Below the pieces are notes generated by a model. The model made no database searches. It was not told the origin of the DNA and was given only the letters and a program-made list of their open reading frames with translations. Position numbers and translations under genes: made by a program. A stretch of 64,000 nucleotides of DNA from Dehalococcoidia bacterium (lineage in GTDB: Bacteria; Chloroflexota; Dehalococcoidia; Lucifugimonadales; Australimonadaceae): the NCBI GenBank assembly GCA_965208625.1, contig OZ242348.1:1987957-2051956 (forward strand), written 5' to 3'. Below, piece after piece: positions 19,285 to 28,679 of this stretch. How positions within the stretch are numbered: position 1 is the first letter of the stretch; each line of letters begins with the position of its first letter.

Positions 19285-20331
19285 CTACAGGCCGTAGAAC
19301 CTTCTGGGATTGTCTTCCAGTATCTTCCCGGCCACCTCGTTGCTGATCATGCCGGAGTCGGCCCAGCGGCGGACCTCGCCCAACGCACTGATGTTTGCGG
19401 ATACGTCGGAGTGGCTGTAGTCCGTGCCTATCATGAGGTTGTCCTCGGTCCCGAGCGAGAGCAGGTATTCGACGTCGTCCACGGGGTCGATGGAGACGAA
19501 CAAGCGGTTCTCCCGGAACAGGTTCTGCGGCATCTGCAGTTTGACGTCCCGTTCGTGGAGAGTGTCTGATCGCTCATTCATGGCGATCTGGGACAGGACG
19601 TACGGGATCCACGACGCGCCTGCCTCGATGAACCCGAACCGGAGGTTGGGGAACCGGGCGGGCAGTTTCGACCTCACGACCGAGAGGAACGCGGACATGA
19701 TGGGGAACCCGCGGTCGCCGTCGCTGCCGGGGTGGCCGGTGTGCACGCACAGTGGCATGTCGAGGTCGTTCGCCGCCTCGTAGACCGGGAAGAAGTGCGG
19801 ATCGCCCACCGGCTTGAGGAGATCGAGGCCCCGCTTGAAGATGCCGCAGGCGCCGTTCTCCTTCGCCCAGCGCAGCTCTTCGATGGCGGCATCGGTGTCG
19901 AGCCACGGCAGCACCGCTGCCCAGCGCAGCCGACCGCCGGTCTGGTCGCACCTCTCTGCCACCCAGCGGTTGTAGGAGTGGGCAAGCGCCGCCTCCGGTT
20001 CCGGGTTCAGCGATATATAGCGTATGAAGAACGTGGGGAAGAGCACCTGGATGTCCACGCCCATCCGGTCCATGTCTTCCAGCCGTCCCTCCAGGTCTTC
20101 CAGCTCCCTTCGGGGTCGCGCCGGGTGATGTTCATCGTCCCGGACCGCCCGAACCTGCAGGCGGCCCTCCACCAGCCAGAACCGGCTCCGGTGAGGATCG
20201 AGGTTCGCGTGCTCGATCGCCTCCTCGGGCGGGGTCATCGTCGTGGGGGTATACCTGGCAAGAGCGCCTTCCAGTGCCTGCCAGGTGAATTCGGTCTCGT
20301 CTACATGCGTATCGGCGTCGATAACCGGCAT
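19285..20331 (-). CDS. Amidohydrolase_2 paralog 3
   Basis: Start at Met58 of ORF 19285..20502 (ATG 20331, AGGAGG upstream): MPVIDADTHVDETEFTW. GTDYSHSD near the C-terminus. Confidence 0.85.
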   Translation of the reverse strand: MPVIDADTHVDETEFTWQALEGALARYTPTTMTPPEEAIEHANLDPHRSRFWLVEGRLQVRAVRDDEHHPARPRRELEDLEGRLEDMDRMGVDIQVLFPTFFIRYISLNPEPEAALAHSYNRWVAERCDQTGGRLRWAAVLPWLDTDAAIEELRWAKENGACGIFKRGLDLLKPVGDPHFFPVYEAANDLDMPLCVHTGHPGSDGDRGFPIMSAFLSVVRSKLPARFPNLRFGFIEAGASWIPYVLSQIAMNERSDTLHERDVKLQMPQNLFRENRLFVSIDPVDDVEYLLSLGTEDNLMIGTDYSHSDVSANISALGEVRRWADSGMISNEVAGKILEDNPRRFYGL

Positions 20332-20459
20332 CGTCCAGCCTCCTGTCCCGCAGCGTAGCCCCATCATACTCCGCCCGAGGCGGGCTGCACGACGGGAACG
20401 CCTGCTGTAGGTAAATCGTAACGCTTCAGCGTCACCGCGCAGATTATCGTATCTGTAAC

Positions 20460-20488
20460 TTGACACTCCTGCTGAAGGCTCCGATACT
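20460..20488 (+). promoter_or_regulatory. Candidate sigma70-type promoter of the ADH/amidohydrolase/TRAP gene string
   Basis: TTGACA (20460-20465)-N17-GATACT (20483-20488), 68 nt upstream of ATG 20556. ATCGTA hexamers at 20415, 20446 and 20507. Confidence 0.45.
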
Positions 20489-20555
20489 CCGCGACGTCGC
20501 AACGGAATCGTACATCACCCTGTCTGCCAGGAGTCCCAGAGAGAGGAGACCCCGA

Positions 20556-21653
20556 ATGAGTGATTGCTTGGCTGCGGTAGTGACGGACGTTCTCGCCCCT
20601 GTCGAACTGCGGCGCGTTCCCCTCCCCGACCTGAGCGATGGCGACATCCTCGCGCGTGTCGACGCAGCGACACTCTGCGGCACCGACGTCCACTACTGGC
20701 AGGGCGACCTCATCCCCGCCGAGAGCCGGCCATACGTGCCCGGACACGAGACAGCGGCCATCGTCGAGGAAGTACGCGGCAACCGCCTGGACGTGCTGGG
20801 GCAGCCTGTCGTCAAGGGCGACCGCATCATCGCCAGCTATACGCACTGCGGCCACTGCTATTTCTGCACAGTGGCCGGGCAGACCAATCTCTGCGTGAAC
20901 AGCTACGCCTTCGGACGCCAGCGGGCGGACGTCTTCCCCTATGTGCAGGGCGGCTGCGCGGAGTACCACTACTATCCGCCGACCAGCGATGTCGTGAAGG
21001 TTCCCGAGGAAGTCTCCTCGCCCCTTGCCGCATCCGCCGCCTGCGCACTGAGGACCGTGGTGCACGGCTTCGAGCGGCTCGGCGCCATCGAGCCGCACGA
21101 GACCGTCGTGGTGCAGGGATGCGGGCCGCTGGGGTTGTACGCCAGTGCGCTGGCCCGTGACCGCGGAGCGGCGAAGGTCATCGTCATCGGCGCGCCCGCC
21201 GAACGCCTCGCCGTCGCGAAGGACTGGGGCGCGGACGAGACCCTGAACATCGACGAAGTCGCCGATGCTGCCGACCGCATCTCATGGGTCCGCGAGCAGA
21301 CGCGCGGCATAGGGCCGGACATCGTGGTGCAGTGCGCAACGTCCGCCGCGAACCCCGAGGGCCTGACGATGGTGCGCCGCGGCGGGCGGTTCGTCGCTAT
21401 CGGGGTCGAGGGCAGGGACATGACGTTGCCCGGCGGCTTGATCACGGTGAAGTCGCTCCAGGTGAACGGGGTGATCGGCGCGGTTGGGCGGCACTTCTAC
21501 AAGGCGCTCCAGTTCCTCGCCACGCGCCAGGACCGCTTCCCGTTCGAACGCCTCATCAGCGGCACCTACACATTGGACACCGTCACCGACGCGCTGCAAG
21601 CGATGTCGGAGTTCCGAGAGGTCAAGCCGGTCGTGCTCCCCCGCACGGGGTAA
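20556..21653 (+). CDS. Zinc-dependent alcohol dehydrogenase family (MDR) oxidoreductase
   Basis: Start at Met33 of ORF 20460..21653 (GAGAGGAG SD). CGTDVHYWQG, GHETAAIVEEV, structural-Zn CGHCYFC, Rossmann VQGCGPLGL. Confidence 0.85.
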   Translation: MSDCLAAVVTDVLAPVELRRVPLPDLSDGDILARVDAATLCGTDVHYWQGDLIPAESRPYVPGHETAAIVEEVRGNRLDVLGQPVVKGDRIIASYTHCGHCYFCTVAGQTNLCVNSYAFGRQRADVFPYVQGGCAEYHYYPPTSDVVKVPEEVSSPLAASAACALRTVVHGFERLGAIEPHETVVVQGCGPLGLYASALARDRGAAKVIVIGAPAERLAVAKDWGADETLNIDEVADAADRISWVREQTRGIGPDIVVQCATSAANPEGLTMVRRGGRFVAIGVEGRDMTLPGGLITVKSLQVNGVIGAVGRHFYKALQFLATRQDRFPFERLISGTYTLDTVTDALQAMSEFREVKPVVLPRTG

Positions 21654-21696
21654 TGCAGGGCGGCTCCACAAGCATGTAGCACAAGGAGTTGGGAGT

Positions 21697-22743
21697 ATGG
21701 CGGACAACGAGTACCTGATCATCGACGGCGACGGACACATACAGGAACATGACGACGAGATACGGGAGTACCTTGACGAGCCCGTCAGGAGCGGGATCAA
21801 GGACGGGCCCAACTTCCCGTTCTTCCCGACGCTCGACGGCTACCAGCGGGATGTCTTCCGCGCTGCTGCGGGCCTGCACCCCGGCTATGTCGGCGCCGAA
21901 GAGTGGCTCAGCTTCATGGACGAGACCGGCATCGAGTCCACGGTCCTCTATCCGACCGCCGGTCTGTCGGTGGGCATGATCCAGGACGCCGATTGGGCCG
22001 TGCTGCTCTGCCGCGCGTACAACAACTGGTTCCACGACCGCTACTCCCGCAGGAGCCCACGGTTCAAGGGAGTGGCCCTGCTGCCCCTGCAGGACGTGGA
22101 CGAGTCCGTCAAGGAATTGCGCCGCAGCGTCACCGAACTCGGCATGGTCAGCGCGATGCTCCCGGCCAACAGCGCCGACATGGGCGTGCGCAGACCCCTG
22201 GGCGACACGTCATTCTGGCCGATATACGCGGAAGCTGAACGCCTGAACATCCCGCTGGCCGTTCACGGAGCGCCATCCATCGGGCTCGGCACGAACTTCC
22301 TCGCACGCACCGAGGCGGTGCTGCTTGAGCACCCCCTCGCCCAGATGATCCAGGCGAGCAGCATGATGATGTCGGGCCTCTTCGACGAGTACCCCAAGCT
22401 GCGCGTCGCCTACCTCGAAGCCGACACCGGCTGGGTGCCGTACCTCATCGACCGGTTCACCGGACGGACGCGCGAGGGCGTCACCGACCCGGTGGACCTG
22501 TTCACCAGCGGGCGCATCTACCTGAGTTGCCAGAGCGGTGAGCAGAGCCTCCGCTACGCGATCGACCGCCTGGGAGACCAGGTCGTGCTCTACGCCAGCG
22601 ACTACTGGCACGAGCACCCGGCCGAGATCGTCGAGGACATCGAGATCCTCCGGAACCGGGGCGACCTCTCCGACGACGAGAAGCGCAACATCTTCCGGAA
22701 CAACACCATCCGCTTCTACGAACTGGAGGAGGCGGTCGCTTAA
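21697..22743 (+). CDS. Amidohydrolase_2 paralog 4
   Basis: Start at Met72 of ORF 21484..22743 (AAGGAG SD): MADNEYLIIDGDGHIQEHDDEI. YASDYWHEH near the C-terminus. Confidence 0.85.
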   Translation: MADNEYLIIDGDGHIQEHDDEIREYLDEPVRSGIKDGPNFPFFPTLDGYQRDVFRAAAGLHPGYVGAEEWLSFMDETGIESTVLYPTAGLSVGMIQDADWAVLLCRAYNNWFHDRYSRRSPRFKGVALLPLQDVDESVKELRRSVTELGMVSAMLPANSADMGVRRPLGDTSFWPIYAEAERLNIPLAVHGAPSIGLGTNFLARTEAVLLEHPLAQMIQASSMMMSGLFDEYPKLRVAYLEADTGWVPYLIDRFTGRTREGVTDPVDLFTSGRIYLSCQSGEQSLRYAIDRLGDQVVLYASDYWHEHPAEIVEDIEILRNRGDLSDDEKRNIFRNNTIRFYELEEAVA

Positions 22744-22787
22744 CCGGGAGCCATTCGGCGGCCCCGACAGATAAAACGGAGGTAACC

Positions 22788-23846
22788 ATGTTACGAAGAT
22801 TGCAGTTCCTGCTCGGGTCCGTACTGTTCGTTGCGCTGCTCGCTGCGTGCGGCAGCGACCCCACGGCCACGCCGCTGCCGGCCCAGCCGACCCCGACGCC
22901 GGAGCCGGAAGTCCTCGAGCTGCAGATGATCAGCGCCTGGGCCGAGGGCATCTCCCTGGAGGAGTTCGGCGACCGCAACGTCATCAATGCGGTCGAGCAG
23001 GCCACCGGCGGACGCGTTCGCATCGTCCGGGCAGGCGGCCCGGAGTCCGTCCCGACGTTCCAGCAACTCGTGCCCACGAGGGACGGCCTGTTCGAGGTGA
23101 ACTCGACGACCTGCGCCTACCACCCGGACTTCACCTCGCTCGCCTGCGGGTGGAACGCGGTCAAGGGCTCGCTGGACAGCAAGGTCGCCTGCGGCATGTG
23201 GGACCTGATCGACGAGTTCTACACGAACGAGGTCGGCGTGAAGTACCTGGGCGGAGTCAGCCCGCGGGTCGGCAGCAGGACCTACCTGACCAAGCCGATC
23301 GACCCGGCGACCGGGCTGCTCGACGGCATCAAGCTCCGCGCCGCCGGCCCGACCGCGACTGCGTTCGTCGAGACACTCGGCGGCACCGCCGTTGCCATGC
23401 CGATCGGCGAGCTCTACGAAGCGCTCGACCGCGGTCTCGTCGAAGGCGGCACCATCGGCGGCGGCGCACAACTCGCGGTGCAGTTCGGCTGGCACGAGCA
23501 CTTCAAGTACGTGGTGGAGCAGTCCGTCGGCGCAGGCCAGCTGGCCTGGGTGATGAACCTGGACGCGTGGAACAGCCTTCCCTCCGACCTCCAGCAGGGC
23601 GTGATAGACGGCATGACACTCGCCAACCACTGGGCCGCCGAAGAGTTCTTCCGGCTCGACCAGGAAGCGCTGGGGGTCATGGCCGACTCCGGCGTGGAGA
23701 TCATCACGCTGACCCCTGAGGCCGCCGCGTACGTGGACAGCGTCAACCTGGAGTCGCAGTTCGCCTTCCTCGAGGCGAACGAGCCTGCGTCCTACGTCCA
23801 GCGGATGCGAGACGCGACTGCCTGTGTCCAGAACGCGACAGGATAG
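22788..23846 (+). CDS. TRAP transporter solute receptor (DctP family), lipoprotein
   Basis: 352 aa. Signal peptide plus lipobox (LLAACGSD) and a PT linker. Followed directly by the small and large TRAP permease genes. Confidence 0.75.
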   Translation: MLRRLQFLLGSVLFVALLAACGSDPTATPLPAQPTPTPEPEVLELQMISAWAEGISLEEFGDRNVINAVEQATGGRVRIVRAGGPESVPTFQQLVPTRDGLFEVNSTTCAYHPDFTSLACGWNAVKGSLDSKVACGMWDLIDEFYTNEVGVKYLGGVSPRVGSRTYLTKPIDPATGLLDGIKLRAAGPTATAFVETLGGTAVAMPIGELYEALDRGLVEGGTIGGGAQLAVQFGWHEHFKYVVEQSVGAGQLAWVMNLDAWNSLPSDLQQGVIDGMTLANHWAAEEFFRLDQEALGVMADSGVEIITLTPEAAAYVDSVNLESQFAFLEANEPASYVQRMRDATACVQNATG

Positions 23847-23956
23847 TCGGACGAAGAGCGAGGCGGGCATGAGCATCCGGCGGTTCGGCTGAGGCCGGAC
23901 CGCCGGACGCGAACGGACGGCGGCGCTGCCACCGTCCACGGAAGGAGACGCACCTC

Positions 23957-24502
23957 TTGAAGCGAACGCTGCACATGCTGGGCAGGGCGTTCGACATCGT
24001 GGTCGACATGGGAGCGTTCGCCGCCACCTGGCTGATAGCGGTGATGGCGCTGACGATCGGCCTTGAGGTGCTCATGCGGCGGGTGTTCAACAACTCGCTG
24101 CCCTGGGTGATCCAGATCAACGAGTATGCCGTGATGGCTATCCCCTTCCTCGCCGGGGCATGGCTGCTCAAGCACGACGGGCACACCCGCCTGACACTGA
24201 TCATGGAGCGGGTGAGCCCGCGAACGGCCAGTCTCATGCGGGTGGGTACTTCCATCCTCGCGGCTGTCATCTGTGCGGTGCTCGTCTGGAAGACGGGTAG
24301 CAGGGTCTGGGAGGGTGTCGAGTCAGCAACCGTCATCCGGGGCGACGCCTTCAGCATCCGGCAGATGTGGATCTGGTGGGTGCTGCCGTTCGGCTTCGCA
24401 ACGCTCAGCATCCAGTTCCTGCGCGACGCGTACACGAGCTATAGAGACCGGGGGCGTGCTGAGCGTGAAGTGGTCTCCCCGTCGGAGTTCGCCGAGATAT
24501 GA
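23957..24502 (+). CDS. TRAP transporter small permease (DctQ family)
   Basis: 181 aa, 4 TM helices. TTG start with GGAAGGAG SD. Located between the receptor and the large permease. Confidence 0.75.
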   Translation: MKRTLHMLGRAFDIVVDMGAFAATWLIAVMALTIGLEVLMRRVFNNSLPWVIQINEYAVMAIPFLAGAWLLKHDGHTRLTLIMERVSPRTASLMRVGTSILAAVICAVLVWKTGSRVWEGVESATVIRGDAFSIRQMWIWWVLPFGFATLSIQFLRDAYTSYRDRGRAEREVVSPSEFAEI

Positions 24503-24564
24503 CCTCGCCCACCCGCACGACGTCCCCACGAGACTGCAGCCCCGGTAAGGCGGAAGGCTAGGCC

Positions 24565-25878
24565 ATGGAGTGGTGGGCAGTCCTTATCATCGGTTTCACG
24601 CTGCTGGTCCTGCTGCTCATGTCCGGCATACCGGTCGCGTTTGCGTTCGCCGGGCTGAACATCGTCGGCCTGATCTGGGTGACGGGCGGCACGCAGGGTC
24701 TGCTGCTGCTCACCGGGAGCATCGTGGACTCCGTCGCCAACTTCCGGTTCATCGCGGCGCCCATGTTCTTCCTCATGGGGGCCGTGCTCTACCGCTCCGG
24801 CGCGTTCGGGTTGATCATCGACGCGGTCGACAAGTGGGTGGGCAAGGTCAGAGCGCGCCTTCTCTACGTGACGATGGGCTCCGGCACGATCCTCGCCACG
24901 CTGAGCGGGGCAGGCATCGCGGACACAGCGCTACTGGGCTCGACGCTCTACCCGGAGATGGAGAAGCGGGGTTATTCGCCGCGCCTCGCCCTGGGGACGA
25001 TATTCAACTCCGGCCTGCTCGCCGCCATCATCCCGCCCAGCGGCCTCGCGGTGCTTACCGCAACGCTGGCGCAGATTCCCGTGGGCAAACTGCTCGTGGC
25101 CGGGTTCTTCCCCGGCCTGATGATGGCCACCACGTATGTCATCTTCGTGTACATCCGCGTGCGCCTGAATCCGGGCCTCGCGCCGGTCTACGACGCGCCT
25201 CCGGCGCCCATGAAGATCAAGCTCTACGCCACGGCGAAGCTCGCGCCCTTCTCCATCGTCTTCTTCATGGTCATGGGGTTCATCCTGCTGGGCATCACGA
25301 CGCCGAGCGAGGCTGCCGCTACCGGGGCCATCGGCGCAGTGATCGTGGCGCTCATCTACCGGCGCCTCTCGATGCACGTGCTCAGCGACGCACTCCGCGA
25401 TGCGATGCGCATCGCCGGAATGATCCTCTTGATCATCAGCGGGTCCATCGCCATGAGCCAGACCCTGGCGCTGAGCGGGGCAACGCAGGGCTTCCTGAAC
25501 GTGCTCGTGGACCTGGACCTGTCGCCGACGCTGCTGCTGCTCGCAATGCTGGGGGCGCTGATCCTGCTGGGCCTCTTCCTCGACCAGATATCGATGATGA
25601 TGGTCGCGATTCCGATCTTCTCACCGGTCATCGGCCCGCTGGGGTTCGACCCCATCTGGTTCTGGATGCTGTTCCTGGTGGCGATATCCATCGGGGCGGA
25701 GACCCCGCCCTTCGGCCTCGTCCTGTTCGCGCTCAAGGGCGTCATCCCGACCGCCAGCATCACCGAGATCTACAAGGCCGCGGTACCGTTCGTCGTGCTC
25801 GACCTCATATCGCTGGGTATCCTCGTCGCCTTCCCCCAGATCGTCCTCTTCCTGCCGAATCTGGCGTTGGGGACCTGA
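24565..25878 (+). CDS. TRAP transporter large permease (DctM family)
   Basis: 437 aa, about 12 TM helices. Typical DctM N-terminus (LLLMSGIPVAFAFAGLNIVG). Confidence 0.85.
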   Translation: MEWWAVLIIGFTLLVLLLMSGIPVAFAFAGLNIVGLIWVTGGTQGLLLLTGSIVDSVANFRFIAAPMFFLMGAVLYRSGAFGLIIDAVDKWVGKVRARLLYVTMGSGTILATLSGAGIADTALLGSTLYPEMEKRGYSPRLALGTIFNSGLLAAIIPPSGLAVLTATLAQIPVGKLLVAGFFPGLMMATTYVIFVYIRVRLNPGLAPVYDAPPAPMKIKLYATAKLAPFSIVFFMVMGFILLGITTPSEAAATGAIGAVIVALIYRRLSMHVLSDALRDAMRIAGMILLIISGSIAMSQTLALSGATQGFLNVLVDLDLSPTLLLLAMLGALILLGLFLDQISMMMVAIPIFSPVIGPLGFDPIWFWMLFLVAISIGAETPPFGLVLFALKGVIPTASITEIYKAAVPFVVLDLISLGILVAFPQIVLFLPNLALGT

Positions 25879-25914
25879 CGGGGCTCGGCGCAAAGAGTGT
25901 GATGCAACGTGAAG

Positions 25915-25935
25915 GGGGCGCCCGGTGGGCGCCCC
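25915..25935. terminator. GC-rich hairpin between convergent genes (possible bidirectional terminator)
   Basis: GGGGCGCCC-GGT-GGGCGCCCC, 9-bp perfect stem. Lies between the DctM stop (25878) and the amidohydrolase stop (25963). No clear U-tract. Confidence 0.35.
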
Positions 25936-25962
25936 TCATAGGTGTCTGGCTGAGAAGCCGGG

Positions 25963-27036
25963 CTAGTTCTGGAGCCCGTAAAGCTCTCTGGGGTTGTCCC
26001 AGAGGATGCGCTCGCGACTCTCGGCGGGCATACGCTCGTCGTTCTCGAACGTCTTGAGCGCGTATATCTCGGTCGCGGAGTCGGCGTGGCCGTAGTCGGT
26101 GCCGATGACGAGCCGGTTGCCGCCCACGTAGTTGTGGATCTGCTCCAGGTCGTCGTTCAGCTGCACGGTCACCCAGATGTTGTTCTCGGTGAGCGGGTCG
26201 CTGCTCAGGCCGTCCCCACGGCGTTCCATGCGGCGGGCGAGGTCGTTCAGCAGGTAGGGGATCCAGTCGGCGCTGAATTCGATGATGCCCCACTTCGTGT
26301 TGGGGAACCGCTCGGGCAGGCCGGACATCAGAAGTGTGTGGAACGCGGAGAGGCCGCTGAATTTGTTGCGCTCGAACTGCGTCTCCCGGCTGCCGAAGAT
26401 GGCGTCCAGTTCGAAACTCCCGGTGCCGGAGTGCGGGCATATGGGCATGTCCAGCTCCGCCGCCCACTCGTAGACCGGGTAGAAGTACGGGTCGTTGATG
26501 AGCCGGTTGCCGACCTCGATGCCGCGCAGGTTGATGGCGACCGCGCCGTTGTCCTTCGCGAACCGCAACTGGCGCTCCGCCTCCTCCAGGTCCAGCACGG
26601 GCATCGCCGCCGCCCAGCGGAAGCGGCCCTTGCCCTCCGCGTAGATGTCGGCCATCCACCGGTTGTAGCTCCGGCAGAGGGCAACTTCCTCGGCGGGATT
26701 GGTGGTGATGGGTCCCGTCCACATGGAGGGGTAGAGCACCTGCAGATCGGTGCCGAGCTCGTCCATATGAGCGATGCGTGCCTGCACGTCGAGCATGAAC
26801 TTGGAGTCGGTCGGCAGCACGACGTTGCCGACGAAGAGGCCGAACTCCCCGCGCGGGCCGCCGCCCGGCCACGCCGTCCTGATGGCGCGCCCGCCGACGA
26901 TCCAGTACTTCATCACCTCGCCGTTCTCGAGCGTCTGGTAGGCCGTGCCCGGCCTGTAATGACGCTCCGACGGGTCCATGTAGTCCCACGTCTGGTCTAT
27001 CTCAATCACGTGCGCGTCCGCGTCTATGATGCCCAT
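25963..27036 (-). CDS. Amidohydrolase_2 paralog 5
   Basis: 357 aa. MGIIDADAHVIEIDQTW; GTDYGHAD near the C-terminus. Confidence 0.85.
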   Translation of the reverse strand: MGIIDADAHVIEIDQTWDYMDPSERHYRPGTAYQTLENGEVMKYWIVGGRAIRTAWPGGGPRGEFGLFVGNVVLPTDSKFMLDVQARIAHMDELGTDLQVLYPSMWTGPITTNPAEEVALCRSYNRWMADIYAEGKGRFRWAAAMPVLDLEEAERQLRFAKDNGAVAINLRGIEVGNRLINDPYFYPVYEWAAELDMPICPHSGTGSFELDAIFGSRETQFERNKFSGLSAFHTLLMSGLPERFPNTKWGIIEFSADWIPYLLNDLARRMERRGDGLSSDPLTENNIWVTVQLNDDLEQIHNYVGGNRLVIGTDYGHADSATEIYALKTFENDERMPAESRERILWDNPRELYGLQN

Positions 27037-27053
27037 CGTCTGCCTCCTCAGGA

Positions 27054-27611
27054 TCAGACCGGCAACACCGGCTCCGTGGTCTCCGGCAAAGGTACCTCAA
27101 ACGCGTTCAGGAAACACGCATTGGTGACGTACTGTCCCGCCAGCGCGATGAGGTCTACCGTCTGCCGCATCCCGAACTGAGCGATGGCCGCATCATACGC
27201 CTCCTGCGACACGCGGTGCCCGCTCAGCACCTCCGTCACGAACGTCACGACCGCCGACTCGTCGTCCGCCATCGCGGGCAGCGACGAGCGGTCGCGCATC
27301 GCGTCCACCAACTCGGCGCTCACACCGGCCTTCCGGGCCATGGGGGCGTGCGCGTTCCACACGTAGGGACAGTCCATCTGCCGCGCCGTCGCGAGGATGG
27401 CGAGCTCCTGCACGTGCTGCGGAAGCGTCAGCTCCCAACGAACGTAGTTGCTGAGTGGACGGCGCCGGAGCGCCATCTCCGGGCTCAGCGCCGCGACGGC
27501 TCCCGGCCCGAGCGGGACGTTCCCGCCGCTGTCGGCAACGAGCGCGTCGAAAGCGCCGCGCAACTCCTCGGCCACCGACTCCCGTGTTACCCCCTCCAAA
27601 CGAGCCATCAC
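27054..27611 (-). CDS. Carboxymuconolactone decarboxylase (AhpD-like) family protein
   Basis: 185 aa. ELAILATARQMDCPYVWNAHAPMARKAGVS is CMD-domain-like. Confidence 0.7.
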   Translation of the reverse strand: MMARLEGVTRESVAEELRGAFDALVADSGGNVPLGPGAVAALSPEMALRRRPLSNYVRWELTLPQHVQELAILATARQMDCPYVWNAHAPMARKAGVSAELVDAMRDRSSLPAMADDESAVVTFVTEVLSGHRVSQEAYDAAIAQFGMRQTVDLIALAGQYVTNACFLNAFEVPLPETTEPVLPV

Positions 27612-28090
27612 GCGCCTCCTTCCTTGCGCTCTGCCTCATGCAGGGCTTCGTGCGCACGCAGCGTGGCCGGACGCACGTCGCGTCCGCGCTCGGTGCTCAG
27701 GCTGATCGAGTTCAGCCACTTCACGTTCGCGCACGTGTCTATCTCCGCAGTGCCGCACGCGGCGGGGTTCGGTATGAGGAAGCGCACCGGGCCACCCTTC
27801 TCGTGCGGCAGCGGTTCGCCGTCCAGCGCGTACAGCAACAGCGCCTGGTCAGCGACAGCCGCCAGCGGGATGCTCGCCGCGAACCCGCCCTCCGCCTCCA
27901 GCGTGAGGAACTCCGCGCCCGCCTGCGCCGACGCTGCTTCCAGCACTGACGCGATGCGCACCGCCGAGCCCTCGCGTCCCGGCGAAAGCGTCGAGACGTC
28001 GTCCACCTGTCCGGGCAGCGCCGCGAGGTCCGCGTGACCCAACTCCAACGGATGCCCCACCAGTCCTGAAACGCTTACCGTCATCGCCAT
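27608..28090 (-). CDS. Short SUOX-fold molybdopterin-oxidoreductase-like domain protein
   Basis: 160 aa. LSVSGLVGHPLEL..DLAALP...DGEPLPHEKGGPVRFLIPN...VKWLNSISL follows the Oxidored_molyb pattern. 4-nt overlap with the downstream CMD gene. Confidence 0.5.
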   Translation of the reverse strand: MAMTVSVSGLVGHPLELGHADLAALPGQVDDVSTLSPGREGSAVRIASVLEAASAQAGAEFLTLEAEGGFAASIPLAAVADQALLLYALDGEPLPHEKGGPVRFLIPNPAACGTAEIDTCANVKWLNSISLSTERGRDVRPATLRAHEALHEAERKEGGA

Positions 28091-28103
28091 GCCCTCCTTC
28101 CTG

Positions 28104-28571
28104 CTAGTCCTCGAACCACTCGGGCGGTACCCGCACCGCGACCATCTCGCCCGTCGCCGTCTCGACGCCGCCGGAGGTGAGCGAGCAGCTCACCAGCGCC
28201 TTGCGCCGCACCAACTCCGTCACTCGCGCGCGCATCGTCAACGGCTGGTCTATCGGCGTCGGCTTCCGGTAGGTCACGTGCAGCGACGCCGTCGCGTACC
28301 AGATGACGGGCCCCGAGCCGACCTCGCGCTCCTCGAGCTTGTACGCCTCCGCGATGGCCGTCCAGATGCTGTGGCAGTCGATGACGCTGCCGATCATGCC
28401 GCCGTAGAGGATGTGCCGAGGCCCCGCCGCGAACTCGGGACGGGGCATCCACGTGCACACCGTCTCCTCGCCGTCCCAGTAGCTGCGCAGCTTCAGGCCA
28501 TCCTTCGCATCCGGCCCGCACCCCCAGCAGTGGTTGCCGGCCAGCAGGTCTTGAAACGCAATGTCGCTCAC
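28104..28571 (-). CDS. PaaI-type hotdog-fold thioesterase
   Basis: 155 aa. NHCWGCGPDAKDGLKL...YGGMIGSVIDCH is typical of PaaI/4HBT-like thioesterases. Confidence 0.7.
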   Translation of the reverse strand: MSDIAFQDLLAGNHCWGCGPDAKDGLKLRSYWDGEETVCTWMPRPEFAAGPRHILYGGMIGSVIDCHSIWTAIAEAYKLEEREVGSGPVIWYATASLHVTYRKPTPIDQPLTMRARVTELVRRKALVSCSLTSGGVETATGEMVAVRVPPEWFED

Positions 28572-28679
28572 TGAGAACGCTCCTTACCCAGGTGGAGGGA
28601 TTGCCCATAGTCTAAGCCAGTCGACGGGGTAACGGGACGCAGGGGACTAAGGCCGGGTACGCTAGAATGGCGCCACGAT

